A DNA stretch of 64,000 nucleotides, taken from Mobula hypostoma (taxonomy: Eukaryota). The notes under the pieces are model-generated. The model saw only the letters and a list, made by a program, of their open reading frames with translations. It searched no databases and was not told the origin of the DNA. Shown piece after piece: positions 48,760 through 60,682 of the stretch; the first letter of the stretch is position 1; each line of letters opens with the position of its first letter. Location: NCBI RefSeq assembly GCF_963921235.1, contig NC_086097.1, positions 138,510,001-138,574,000 of the forward strand, written 5' to 3'. The position numbers and the translations under genes are program-made.

Positions 48760-49428
48760 GCCAGGTTGAGTCAGTGATGAGGAAGGTGAATGCAATGTTG
48801 GCATTCATTTCTAGAGGTATAGAATATAAGAGCAGAGATATGATGTTTAGGCTCTATAAGGCACTCGTGAGCCCGCACTTGGAGTACTGTGTGCAGTTTT
48901 GGGCTCCTTATTTTAGAAAGGATATATTGACATTGGAGAGGGTTCAGAGAAGATTCATGAGATTGATTCCAGGAATGAAAGGGTTACCATATGAGGAATG
49001 TCTGGAGCTCTTGGGCTGTATTCCCTGGAGCTCAGGAGAATGAGGGAGATCTCACAGAAACATTCCAAGTATTAAAAGACCTGAACAGATTAGATATGGA
49101 AAAGTTATTTCCCATGGTAGGGAAGTCTAGGACAAGAGGGTACGACTTCAGGATTGAAGGACGTCCATTTAGAACAGAAATGCAGAGAAATTACTTTAGT
49201 CAGAGGGTAGTAAATCTGTGGAATTTGTTGTCACGAGCGGCTGTAGCGGCCAAGTGCATTCAAGGCAGAGATAGATAGGTTCTTGATTAGCCAGGGCATC
49301 AAAGGGTATGGGGAGAAGGCAGGGGTTTGAAATGACTGGAAGAATTGGATCAGCCCATGATTGAATGGCAGCGCAGACTCGATGGGCCAAATGGTCTACT
49401 TCTGCTCCTATATCTTATGGTCTTATGG
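48760..49428 (+). mobile_element. CR1 3' fragment
   Basis: KVNAMLAFISRGIEYKS..LVSPHLEYCVQFW; tail tcttatggtcttatgg. Confidence 0.9.
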
Positions 49429-50910
49429 ACTTTTTCCTTAGTAATAGCAACGACACTCTCTTCTGCCCCCTTACACTCTTGCATTTCTGGCACCCTGCTT
49501 GTGTATTCCACAGTGAAGGATGACTCAAAATGTTTATTCAGTACATTTGCCAGTTCTTTGACCACAATTCCTGTCTCCCCAGCATCATTTTCTAGCGGTC
49601 CAATACCTACTCTTGTCTCTCTTTTACTCCTTAAATATCTGGAAGAAGCTTTTTTTATGTATCTGCTTTAATATTATTGGCTAGCTTATGTTCGCATTTG
49701 ATTTTTTTCTCTCTTTATGGCTTTTTAGTTGTCTTCTGTTGGATTTAAAAGCTTCCCAATCCTCTCCCTTCCCACTAATTTTTGCTCTATTATATGCCTT
49801 CTTTTTTAGCTTTTATGCTGTGTTTAACTTCTGTTACCAGCCATTGTTGCCCTATTCTCCCTTTAGAATACTTCTTCATCTTTAGGATATATCTTAAATG
49901 TGCCTTCCAAATTTCCCTCAGAAACACCGGCCATTGCTGTTCTCCCATCATCCCTGCTAGCATTGTCTCCTTCTAATCACCTTTGGCCAGCTCCTCTCTC
50001 ATGCCTCTGTAATTCCCCTTCCTCCATTGTAATACTGATGCCTCCAAATTTAGCTTCTCTTTCTCAGACTGTAGGGTGAATTCCATCATATCATGGTCAC
50101 TGCTTGCTATGGGTTCTCTTTACTTAAGCTCCCTAAGCAAATCAGTATCATTACATAACACTCAGTGCATTCAACCATAGGAGAGGAAAGGTACGTCGCA
50201 TCCGGAGTTTCTCCGGTTAGTGGACGATTTCCCTCCACGCCTCTCTGATGTCGTGGGGAATCGCGTACCAGGCAAGTTACAGCAGTAGTTTGCCATTGTC
50301 TTCTGCCGGGTGAATTTCCAAAGAGATCACTAGCTCGTAACCCAGCACAGATGGAAAGCGTGCAGGGGAGCCAGCTGGCTGGATTCAAATCTGGGACCTT
50401 TAAGCCGCTCTAAAAAGCCATTTCATAGCCATTTACAAATTCCTTCTCTTGGGATCCAGCACCAACCTGATTTTCCCAATCCACTTGCATATTGAAATAC
50501 CCCCATGATTATCGCAACGTTGCCCTTTTTAAATGCTTTTTAAAAAAAATCTCCCACTTATAATTTGTAGCTCACATCCTGGCCTGTATATAATTCTCAT
50601 CAGGGTCTTTCTACCCTTGTGGTTTCATAACTTTACCCACAAGGATTCTACATCTTCAGATCCTAAGTCACTCTTTCCTAAAGATTTGATTTAATTTTTT
50701 TGCCCACAAAGTCACTGAACCCCTCTGCCTAGTTACTAGGTCTTTTGATACAGTGTGTATGTTAATGTTAAACTCCCAACTATGCTCTTCTTTCAGCCAC
50801 GAGTCAGAGATGCTCATATCATCATACCTACCAATAACTGTGCTACAAGACTATCTACCTAATTCTGTAGATTGTGTGCATTCAAATATCACCTTCAATC
50901 CTGTATTCAC
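49429..50910 (-). mobile_element. CR1 endonuclease-linker fragment
   Basis: ELANVLNKHFESSFTVE and similarity to 14670-15640. Confidence 0.75.
50170..50400 (-). mobile_element. Putative tRNA-headed SINE with an RTE-like body
   Basis: Minus strand: B-box-like gatttgaatcc followed by agaagacaatggcaaactac, reminiscent of the RTE 5' motif seen near 12950-13005. Confidence 0.45.
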
Positions 50911-51059
50911 ACATGCGCATACGCATATACACATAGTTGTGCAAAAAATTTTACACACACACACACACACCCACCCACCCACCCGGCTGCTTAAGACTTT
51001 TGCACAGTACTGAAGTAATCTCATGTATTGCCCTGTATTGCTGCCACAAAAAAAAATTG

Positions 51060-51660
51060 TGACATTCCCCACCCTGACCTGTCCTATACCCCTCCTGCAG
51101 TGCCTCATTCTCACCAATCCCAACATCCTTTGCTCCTGCCAGATTTACAAACTCGCCTTCTGCTCCACATTAACAAATACAGAATATACAGTCAACATTT
51201 TGGGCTGAAACCATTCATCAGTACTGCAAAGAAAGGTGCAAGATGTCAGATTAAGAAGGTGGCCAGTGGGGAAACAGTATAAGCTGACAGATGACATATG
51301 AAGCCAGTTGAGTTGGTAAGAAAGTGGGTGGGGGGGGATGAAGTGAGAAGCTAAGAGGTGATAGGTGGAAAAGGTAAAGGGCTGATGAAGAAGGAATCTG
51401 ATCGAGTAGAGTTGACCATGGAAGAAAGAGAAGGAGGGAAATCAGAGGGACATGAGGGGGCAGGTGAATGGAAGGGGTATGAGGGGAGCCAGAATGGGGA
51501 ATGGTAGAAGAGAGAAAGGGGAGGGGGGGAGAAATTACTGGAAGTTATTCTGGCTTCGCTCTTCCTTTTCAGTCCTGATGAAGGGTCTCAGCCTGTAATG
51601 TTGAATGTTTGTTCTCCTCCATAGATGTTGCCTGACCTGCTGTGGTTCTCTAGCATTTTC
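51060..51660. mobile_element. Degraded Penelope-like ends in inverted arrangement
   Basis: Minus-strand copy about 51185-51545; plus-strand end ttcagtcctgatgaagggtctcagcctgtaatg at about 51568-51600. Confidence 0.6.
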
Positions 51661-52198
51661 TGTGTATGTGTTTTCACATTTTGTGGGAGCTTGTTATGGA
51701 AATTGGTTGTAGTATCACAGTAGTAACTATTGTAGAAAGTACAACAGAGGTTATAGAGAATTCCTTAGGGAGGTGTATTGAAGTATTTTGGGTTTTTGTT
51801 TCTGCTTAAAGTTTATAAATTCACTCTCCGGTGTTGGATGCTATTGGGGAAGGGGTCACGCTGTCCTATCCATCAACTCCTGTGAATGATTGAGATTTTG
51901 CGTACTGTATGTACAAAAAATCCTGGCATCATATAGTTGAACCCTTGACTTCTGAGATATCAGGAGTTAAAGACTATTTAATTTGAGCAGTAAAGGTCAC
52001 ATTAATGAATAAATATAATTTAACAAGTGAATGGGTAGCTCCTTTCTTGGACTTTTTGTGAACCAGCTGTTTGTTGTGTTCTGGCCTACCAAATGAGCCA
52101 ATGGCTGGAGTTAATGGCTCATCTGGATCTTAGCAGGAAGATAGTTTTAATTATGTTGATGGACAGTAGAGGAAACACAAGACCCAGAGATGAACTAA

Positions 52199-52731
52199 AT
52201 AGATTAGATTATGAAGACACCGAGTCCTCTTTTATTGTCATTTAGTAATGCATGCATTAAGAAATGATACAATATTTCCTCCGGTGTGATATCACAAAAC
52301 ACAAGACAGACCAAGACTGAAAAAACTGACAAAACCACATAATTATAGCATATAGTTACAATAGTGCAACAATACCATAACTTGATGAAGAAGTCCATGA
52401 GCACAGTAAAAGTTCAAAGTCTCTCAAATGTCCCACATCTCACGCAGACGGGAGAAGGAAGAAAAGCTCTCCGTGCCATGCCCAACCACAATCCGTCTCT
52501 GAGTCATCCGAAAACTTCAAGCCTCTGAATCTGCTCTCTGACACTGAGTACTGAGTGCCATCTCTGTCCGAACGATTCGACCTCAATCTCGGTCACCAAC
52601 AGCAGGCAAAGCCGGGGATTTTGAGGCCTACCCTCCGGAAGATTCCCGACCATGCAGTAACGACAGCAGTGAACGTGCGTTTCAGAAATTTCTCCAGATG
52701 TTCCTCTGTGCTTCCACGTCCCTCTCCATCA
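52199..52731 (-). mobile_element. Second, 5'-truncated copy of the non-coding retroposon at 34392-35007
   Basis: Colinear near-identity (ttttattgtcatttagtaatgcatgcattaagaaatgatac...gattcccgacc); (ATCTA)n tail. Confidence 0.8.
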
Positions 52732-54458
52732 ACTTGGATAATCTATGAGGAAGAAGCAAATTGGCAGCTCTTTTGACAGTATTAGTTAAACCTGATGTGG
52801 ATATTGCATGCTCCTGGAGCAACTTTGAATCTGTTATTACATTACCCAAATATACTGCATTACTGGAACTCCTGAAAGTAAATGTTTACAAAGGCCAGTC
52901 TAGCAGATTCTGAAAACCTGAAACTTATAGAAAGTGTTGGAAATACTGAAGATGAGAGTGAAGAGTTTCGACAGTAGGAGGGTTGGCAACTGGGTTTAAA
53001 ATAATTCTTAGAAGAACCAGACATAAGTTGAAAATTTTTGACTTGTTATCTGGAAAGCCACACTTGAAATGATGATCAGACCAGTGCCTGCAATGAAGAA
53101 TTTGTATAAATGATTAAAAAGAGAATATTGCCAGGCCAAGGAAACAGCTACTAGGAAAGCCCCGCTAAGTGTTGGTATGGCCTCAGTCCTTTTTATGCTC
53201 TATCATTTCAAAATTCACCTTTCAGTAGGCAAAGGTCTTTCAAGAGAAGTTCATTGATCTTGAACCAATCAAAAAATAGCATTGGATTTTTTTTTGTTAT
53301 AATTACATTCATTTGATGGATATCCAGTGTGAGCATTTTGAGGCAGGAATATTTCAAAAACATTGTATGAATTAGATGCCACACCAATTTGAGGCCCTTC
53401 ATCGTGTATTTCTGGTACAGAAAGAAGAAGCTACTTTCACAGATAACCCACCTGCTTTGAAATTTGAGTTTAGAAAGAATGCAGTAACTATGAGGAAAAT
53501 TGGTGAGTGTTGGGATTGTTGAAAAATGATGAAAAGATAGGATGCATATTTTTAGGTGTAACAATCCCAGTTTTGAAATCCTGTCAGTTAATAATAAGAC
53601 ATTAAACTATTTGGGATATCCTTGGCATCAGAACCTTATGGGCACTATCTAAAATAGGAGGTGTTGTATTTAAGTATTTCTGGTAACCCTGACTACATGG
53701 TACCATATTTCATAGCTGAAGGTTGAATTTTAACAGTTCCAACAAAACTTATTGAAGTGATTGGAAAGTCACGCTACTACTCCCAAAATGCTAAATATTG
53801 CACAGTTATGAATATCACTGTCAAGCATGAGTTGTGCCACAAATCTCTGATAATAGGTGCTCATTGGCTCAGCTTCTTCCCAAGCTGCTGATTGTAAAGC
53901 ACTCAATGTCAAAGAAATACTCAAAATACTCAGTGGCAGAGAAATAGAGGGTAATAGCTGGAGTATTATTCTTGGATTGCTGACAGCGAAGTGTAAGTTT
54001 CAGGAAGAAATTGGACCCATTTAATGCAGCTGTGATATGGAAATTAGCATGCTTGTGCTATTTGAAGTAAATTTATTTTGTGGTTGAGCTAAACACTTTA
54101 TTGACATGATTGTGCATTTAAGTTCTTAGAGCACTTTTTTTGGTTTTGTCATGGACTGTTGCTGCTCCCATTTTCTGTACACTCCCTCACTCAAAACAGA
54201 AGAGGCTGAAACAACCACTCCAGGAGGTTGTTTTTGAAGTTTCTTTCTGAAACCCAAGTTTTGGTACAGTTTTTATTTGTGGACGATGAACAGATACAAA
54301 TATTATAATGAATGGAACATGGGTTATGGCTTGTGGAACTGTTGTGGTTGGCATTGTCATCCATTTTCAGACAAAAAACATCTGTTTCTCACCATGTGTT
54401 TATGTATTTGAAGTGCAGAGCTTCATAAACTGACTGTCTTTGTCTTTTCATTCTCTAG

Positions 54459-54585
54459 ATATCTAAATGCCATTCAGACTATGTGTCCACACATTCTTCG
54501 TTACCTGACCACAGCTGTGATCACCAACAAGGATGTCCGAAAACGTAGGCAGGTCCTGAAAGATTTAGTAAAGGTCATCCAGCAG
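54459..54585 (+). CDS. EIF3E: eIF3e coding exon (equivalent to exon 8), 127 nt
   Basis: ttctctag|A TAT CTA AAT...CAG CAG|gtgagt completes the Gln codon and encodes [42 protein letters not shown]. Confidence 0.97.
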
Positions 54586-54846
54586 GTGAGTGCTTATATC
54601 TATTTGGTTATTTCTCTCAAGGAACTCCTTTTTTTGTCCCCCAGTACCCTAAATCAGGAAGCATCTCATTTTACTCTCATCCTTCAATCCTCTGCACTCT
54701 TCAGGCTTTAAAAATCCAAACTTGGCTCTATTAGACCCTTGACACTCCACAAGTGAGTTCATATTCAGACGGTTTTATTGTCAAATATATCAACGTGTGC
54801 AATGAAATTCTTTACTTGTCTGAAGTTCATAGTGTCAACAGTGTAT

Positions 54847-55746
54847 CATCACCATCATCATCATCAGATCATCAGGTGCCATGCCCAGTTTGAGCTTTGA
54901 CTGCCATGGCCCACACACTCCTGTTTCGGGTCAAGTGGTTCAATTCATTGGTATTCATTTCCAGTTCTCTGGCTGCTGTCTCCATCATCATTTGTCTTTG
55001 TCTTCCTCTTGCTTTCTTCCCTTCAATCTTTCCCATAATTACCATGCATTCTAACTCCTCTTTCCTAATCACATGTCCAATGAAGTTATGTTGCCTTTTC
55101 GTGATCACATACATTATTTCTCTTTTTCTGTTTGCTCTGTTCATGACATCCTCGTTAGATATTAATTTTGTCCATGATAATCTTTGCATCCTCCTCAAAA
55201 ACCACATCTCTGCTGCTACAATTCGTTTCCTCATGTTACTAGATATTGTCCAGCATTCTGAGCCATATAACATAACTGGATAAACGTAACATTTCAGTAC
55301 TCTGAGGCAGGTTGTCATGCCTAGTTTAGTATTGGTCAGTATACTCTTCATTCTCGTGAAGGTGTCTTTTGCCATCCCTATTCTTCTTTTGATGTCCAAG
55401 TTGCACCTGCCATCTGATGTCACCCAGCTTCCTAAGTAGCAAAAGTTCTGTACTTGTTTTATGTCTTCCCCGTTTATTCTCAGCCTGCAGATAGGATTCT
55501 CCTTCTTTTTTGGATATCACTATACATTCTGTCTTTTTACAATTGATAGATAGACCCATTTTTGCGCTTTCTTCAACAATTATATCAATTAAGTTTTGTA
55601 GTTCTTCCTCCGTACTTGCAATTAACACAGTGTCATCTGCATATCTGAAATTATTGATGTTTTCACTGCCAACTTTGATTCCCAAGATGAAACAATATTA
55701 CAAAAATTAAGAAACATCTTGGGAATCAAAGTTAGCGGTGAAAACA
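54847..55746 (-). mobile_element. 5'-truncated RTE LINE with an inverted 5' segment
   Basis: NNFRYADDTVL, YGSECWT; (GAT)n tail at the left; 12-bp TSD tcaacagtgtat at 54835-54846 and 55747-55758; same family as 12842-14460. Confidence 0.92.
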
Positions 55747-56424
55747 TCAACAGTGTATATGATACTAATAAATACAAGAGTAAATATAGTGAAGAGCACA
55801 AAATACCAGAATAGTACAAAGTAATTAGTAACATTGTTCAAACTCGGTGCTCCAAGAGTCATAGTTTCATATACTATGTAACTGGGCCCTTCAACCTTGC
55901 ACATTCATGCCAACGTTTTTGCCCATCTTCACTAATCCTATTTGGTCTTTGACCTTTCTTGTCTTGGCTATTTAAGTGTCATAGAAACATATAAAACCTA
56001 TGGCATAATACAGACCCTTTGGCCACAAAGCATGTCTTTACCTTAGAACTACCTAGGCTTACCCATAGCCCTCTATTTTTCTAAGCCCGTGTACCTATCC
56101 AGGAGTCTCTTGAAAGACCCTATTGTTTCTGATTCCACCGCCGCGAGCAGCCCATTACACACACTCACCACTCTCTGGGTAAAAAAAACTTAGCCCTGAC
56201 ATCTCCTCTGCACCTACTTCCAAGCAGCTTAAAACTATGCCCTCTTGTACTAGCCATTTCAGCCCTGGGAAAAAGCCTCTGACTGTCCGCATGATCAATG
56301 TCTCTCATTATATTGTACACCTCTATCAGGTCACCTCTCATCCTCCATCGCTCCAAGAAGAAAAGGCCGAGTTCACTCAACCTGTTCTCATAAGGCATGC
56401 TCCCCAATCCAGGCAACATCCTTG

Positions 56425-59400
56425 TTTAGCCCCCCGGCCAGCCTCAGGGTCACTCGGCTCGCTGTCGTCTAGGGAAATAGCCCTCGGCCCCACCAAACTG
56501 GGTAATAGTTTGTGTGGATGCTGTGTGATGTACCCCACCCTGCCCAAATAACAGACAATACACCAGATACAAGTAAATGATTTACAGTTTATAGATATTA
56601 CTGGGACTATATAATTAATAGAGAATAAAATATAAAAGGAAAATAAAAGGTGCCACACTTATCAAAGTTCAATCTCTTCGTGCACAAAAAAGTTGGAGTT
56701 CAGGACCCTTCTTCTTCACCCTGCAACCCCTCGGACCGCCTCGACCAGCCACCTGGGGCCAACAATGGTGGTCGACCAGACGCTCCACACAAGTCCGTCT
56801 CCGTCTCCCCTCCTCGCCGAACGCCCCGCTTGGGGTCCGACCCCGTTAGCGGACTCACAGCACCTGGTCTATTCTCTGTCTCTCTCACTCGCCTTCTGCC
56901 CCAAAACCCCGCGCATACAGTATCTTCAAATACACCAAAAACATAACAACTATCCCAATTGGTTCATTCGTCCTCATATCAATAGATAATACAAAACAAA
57001 CTGCTAGCGGGAAGGACTTTCTCAGTGTTTAATATAACAAAGAAGCATTCCAAAGTATAACATAACAAAGAAGCCATTTTAATTAGCCTACACAGTAACA
57101 TAAAAGACGAAACCCCCTTACACTCTCCCCCCACCAAATAAAGTCATGTCCTCATGACTTATAAATAACTCGCCAACCAGTCCTGCAGACACACAACACA
57201 CACATACACAGATACACACAGTGACAGTGCTCCCCAAACAGTGGACCTTACGCCCGTCCCATGGGCGCTACATAGGCCAACCTATCTGGGAGCTTCTTAA
57301 CCCTCCGAGACCTCCGTACCCCCTCACCTAAACCCAAAGGGCTCAGACACTACTAGGGATACCTCAGGCCTGCTTGCCAACTCCTCTCTCACATTACAGC
57401 TCGGAGCCCCCTGTCCTGTGTCCGGGGCCCTGCTTCTTTTCCGTCCTGATCCTACCGTAACTCAGACTGTCCACAGCTAGCCCTCCCCACTACACCTGAC
57501 TCAGTGGGAGAAGGGCCAAAGGTCTCTTCCTCAATCACGGGGAAGTTAGTGAAAGGCAGCATGTACCACATGTGCAGCACATCATCCTTTGAATCCGTAT
57601 TCTTCCTCATTCCCTCGATCGGTAGCCGCTGTTTAAGTTTCTCCAAACTGAAACATTTAGCTGAGGCTACCCCTTCAGCCTCCTGCAGCCGAGACGTCAG
57701 CTTCTTCGGGGACTCCTTCAACTCTTGCCACAGCCTCAGCAGGTCGGACTCGGAGTTCTTGGCCATCTCAATCTGGGACGCAGTTACCCCACCAGCTTCT
57801 TCCACCCTGACCTGAAAAGCAGCAGTTAAAGAATGTTCAGCCTCCAGTTTTCCCTCCTTGATGACGTCTTCCAGGTCAACTTTCAGTTTTTCCGGTTAAT
57901 TTAAACTCGCGATAGTCATCTTCAGGTTCCGTTCAAGCGTCCACCTCCCTTTTCCGAGATCTGTCCTCCATTTCTTAACCTTCTCGGGAGTGTAGTCAAA
58001 CTCCCCTCCCTGGGCTCTCAGTTTTCTGTTGGCCTTAGTCAGAACACTTCCTTCCCCAAGTTGTAAGTCTTCCAATCTTTTCTGAATCGACGTCTTGAGT
58101 TTCTGCTGATCCCTTCAAAGGTGAGTCATTGTTTCTTCTCGCTGGATTAATTCATCAGTACATGACCGCAGTGTCGGCTCGGAATTCCGTTGTTCCATCT
58201 CCACGTTGACGAGCGTGAATTCCAAGTCTGCATGGTCGTCCCACAAGTGCAGCACTCAGTCTCCGGCCGGCATTTCTGAGCACTCAGTTCAGCGGTGCAA
58301 ATCCCCTCTCTCCCCTGTGTCTCATTCAGATTGACGACCTGGATTTCCATCCCCAGGTCCACCACCGTCGGTTCCAACACCAGGAAGTTCAACTGGTATG
58401 TCAGGTCATTTTTCTCACACTGCACCAAACTCCTCCGGCCAAAAACTCCTCCACATTTGACACTTCTTCACATTTGACACTTCGCTTCTGTCGCCCGGGC
58501 TCAGCCACTCGCCTGGCTTCATAGTCCCCCCAGGCGAATCCAAGCTCTAGGTGGTCATCCACATAGACCAAAACTCCACACACCTTCACTTCCCCCATGC
58601 TCTTTCTCATGCCTTGCGGGAAGGATGCAGGGGCTCTGGATATGCCCTTGGGCATCTTTTCGGATTGGAAGAATCCTAGGGAACTAGTAACGTCCATCTT
58701 CAGCTTGACAGCCACACTCCTTGGGATCTGGCAACATCCACTCCTCAGATCTAGCACATTAAATCACGTCACATAATCCACACACACGCTGCCTCCATCT
58801 TCCCCGGCGCCAGGGTCCAGTTGCCATGACCTCTCTCTCACTGAGGTGTCTTCAGCGGTCAACTCCCCTCCCTCGTGGTAGTTGGGAGCATCTACTAAGA
58901 GGGTCTCACCCTCAGCTACTTTCCCCAAGCCGTACCACCGCTGGGTCTCACTTAAATTCAGTACCAGCTCAAGGCTGCTACACACGTCCTCAGAAGCAAC
59001 TCGACACGCTGGGTGCCCAGACAATGCCCCCATGAACTCCAGAGTCATTAACCAATCATCGTCCTCTGGATAACTACTGGCACTGGTACCCAAAATCTCC
59101 AGTGCCCTTGCGGTTATCAAGGGTAAATGCTTCAGACACCGGTTGTAAAACGAACTGTACAACAACTTGACCTGCGCCGTGGCGTCGAGGATGGCTTTAG
59201 CATCGCTTCCCTCTAAACCTTCAGGAATAGGGTCTTTTCCTTGCGGAAGTTCATTGGTACGTTGCTAGGAACGTGCTTCCCCAGAGACCCCAAGCCATTC
59301 CCCCACTGGGCCTCCACTAAGTTTCCCGACACCTCTCTGATCAGCTGAACAACTGAAGGACCCCCTGAAATGATCCCCCGGCCTTGCAAGCAATTTAGCT

Positions 59401-60605
59401 GCCCTCTTAGAGAAGACGCACTGAAAACTTTCCCCCCTCTTTCAAATAACTGACAGCTGTCACTATGGTGTAAGTGAACCTGACAGCTCTAACATCGTCA
59501 CCAGCCCGCCTACTCAAAATTTCAACCACTCCCTGTCGCTCTCCCTCAACCGAGCACTGCCACTCATCTAACAACTGAGAGATCGCTGCGCCCACACCTT
59601 GCACGCCTCCACCCCTCTTGGGGTGGACACTATCCCAAACGCCAGGCAGAGCCTGCCAGAGCTAGAACATTTATTCGCACACACTACCTCCAAATCAGAC
59701 CACTCTTTCCTCTCTCTCCCAACAGCATAGACAGCCCCGAGTTCCACCTCCAACTCGTCAATGCTAGTCTGAATTCGAACAAAGACCTCACCCACCACGC
59801 ATGCAGCAATAACCAGCAAATAACCCACAGAGACACACATTACAGATTTAAACAGGGCACCCACACAGTATACCAGTAGACCCAATCCCAGACAAAAACC
59901 CCCACAATGTAGCCCCCCTGGCCAGCCTCAGGGTCGCTCGGCTTGCTGTCGTCTAGGGAAACAGCCCTTGGCCCCGCCAAACTGGGTAATAGTTTGTGTG
60001 GATGCTGTGTGATGTACCCCACCCCGCCCAAATAACAGACAATACACCAGATACAAGTAAATGATTTACAGTTTATAGATATTACTGGGACTATATAATT
60101 AATAGAGAATAAAATATAAAAGGAAAATAAAAGGCGCCACACTTATCAAAGTTCAATCTCTTCGTGCACAAAAAAGTTGGCGCTCAGGACCCTTCTACTT
60201 CACCCTGCGACCCCTCGGACCGCTTCGACCGGCTGCCTGGGACCAACACGGTGGTCGACCAGGCGCTCCACACGAGTCTGTCTCCGTCTCCCCTCCTCGC
60301 CGAACGCCCCGCTCGGGGTCCAACCCCGTTAGCGGACTCACAGCACCTGGTCCATTCTCTGTCTCTCTCTCCTGCCTTCTGCCCCAAAACCCCACGCATA
60401 CAGTATCTTCAAATACACCAAAAACATAACAACTATCCCAATTGGTTCATTCATCCTCATATCATTAGATAATACAAAACAAACTGCTAGCAGGAAGGGC
60501 TTTCTCAGCATTTAACATAACAAAGAAACATTCCTTAGTATAACATAACAAAGAAGCCATTTTAATTAGCCTACACAGTAACATAAAAGATGAAACCCCC
60601 TTACA
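56425..60605 (-). mobile_element. Non-autonomous Gypsy-type LTR retrotransposon; 5' LTR 59908-60605, 3' LTR 56425-57122
   Basis: Two 698-bp LTRs with about 40 differences by hand count; TSD CTTG; PPT ggtggggggagag; degenerate tRNA-Pro-like PBS tgggggtttttgtctgggatt; decayed gag, protease (ILDATAQV) and RT (LDLRSG..MPKGI..APASF..YVDD). Confidence 0.93.
57614..58490 (-). pseudogene. Captured intron-less fragment of class II (sarcomeric, MYH16-like) myosin heavy chain rod inside the LTR element
   Basis: Hand translation gives [101 protein letters not shown]. These are in the same order as myosin S2/LMM motifs. Confidence 0.85.
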
Positions 60606-60682
60606 CTTGTAAATCTCCTCTGCACTCCTTCTATGGTTTCCACGTCCTTCCTGTAGTGAGGCGACCAGAATTGACCACAGTA

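Noticed and set aside
48760..50910. Twin-priming inversion between the adjacent + and - CR1 pieces
   Set aside because: The inverted piece lies beyond the 3' tail, not at the 5' end; more likely independent insertions.
51568..51610. Additional active hammerheads (also about 47005, 51190, 46520 and 35199)
   Set aside because: The GAAAC or CUGANGA box is mutated, or stem I is missing.
57452..58428. A genuine nested myosin gene
   Set aside because: It has stops, a frameshift, large deletions and no splice structure, and lies entirely between two LTRs.
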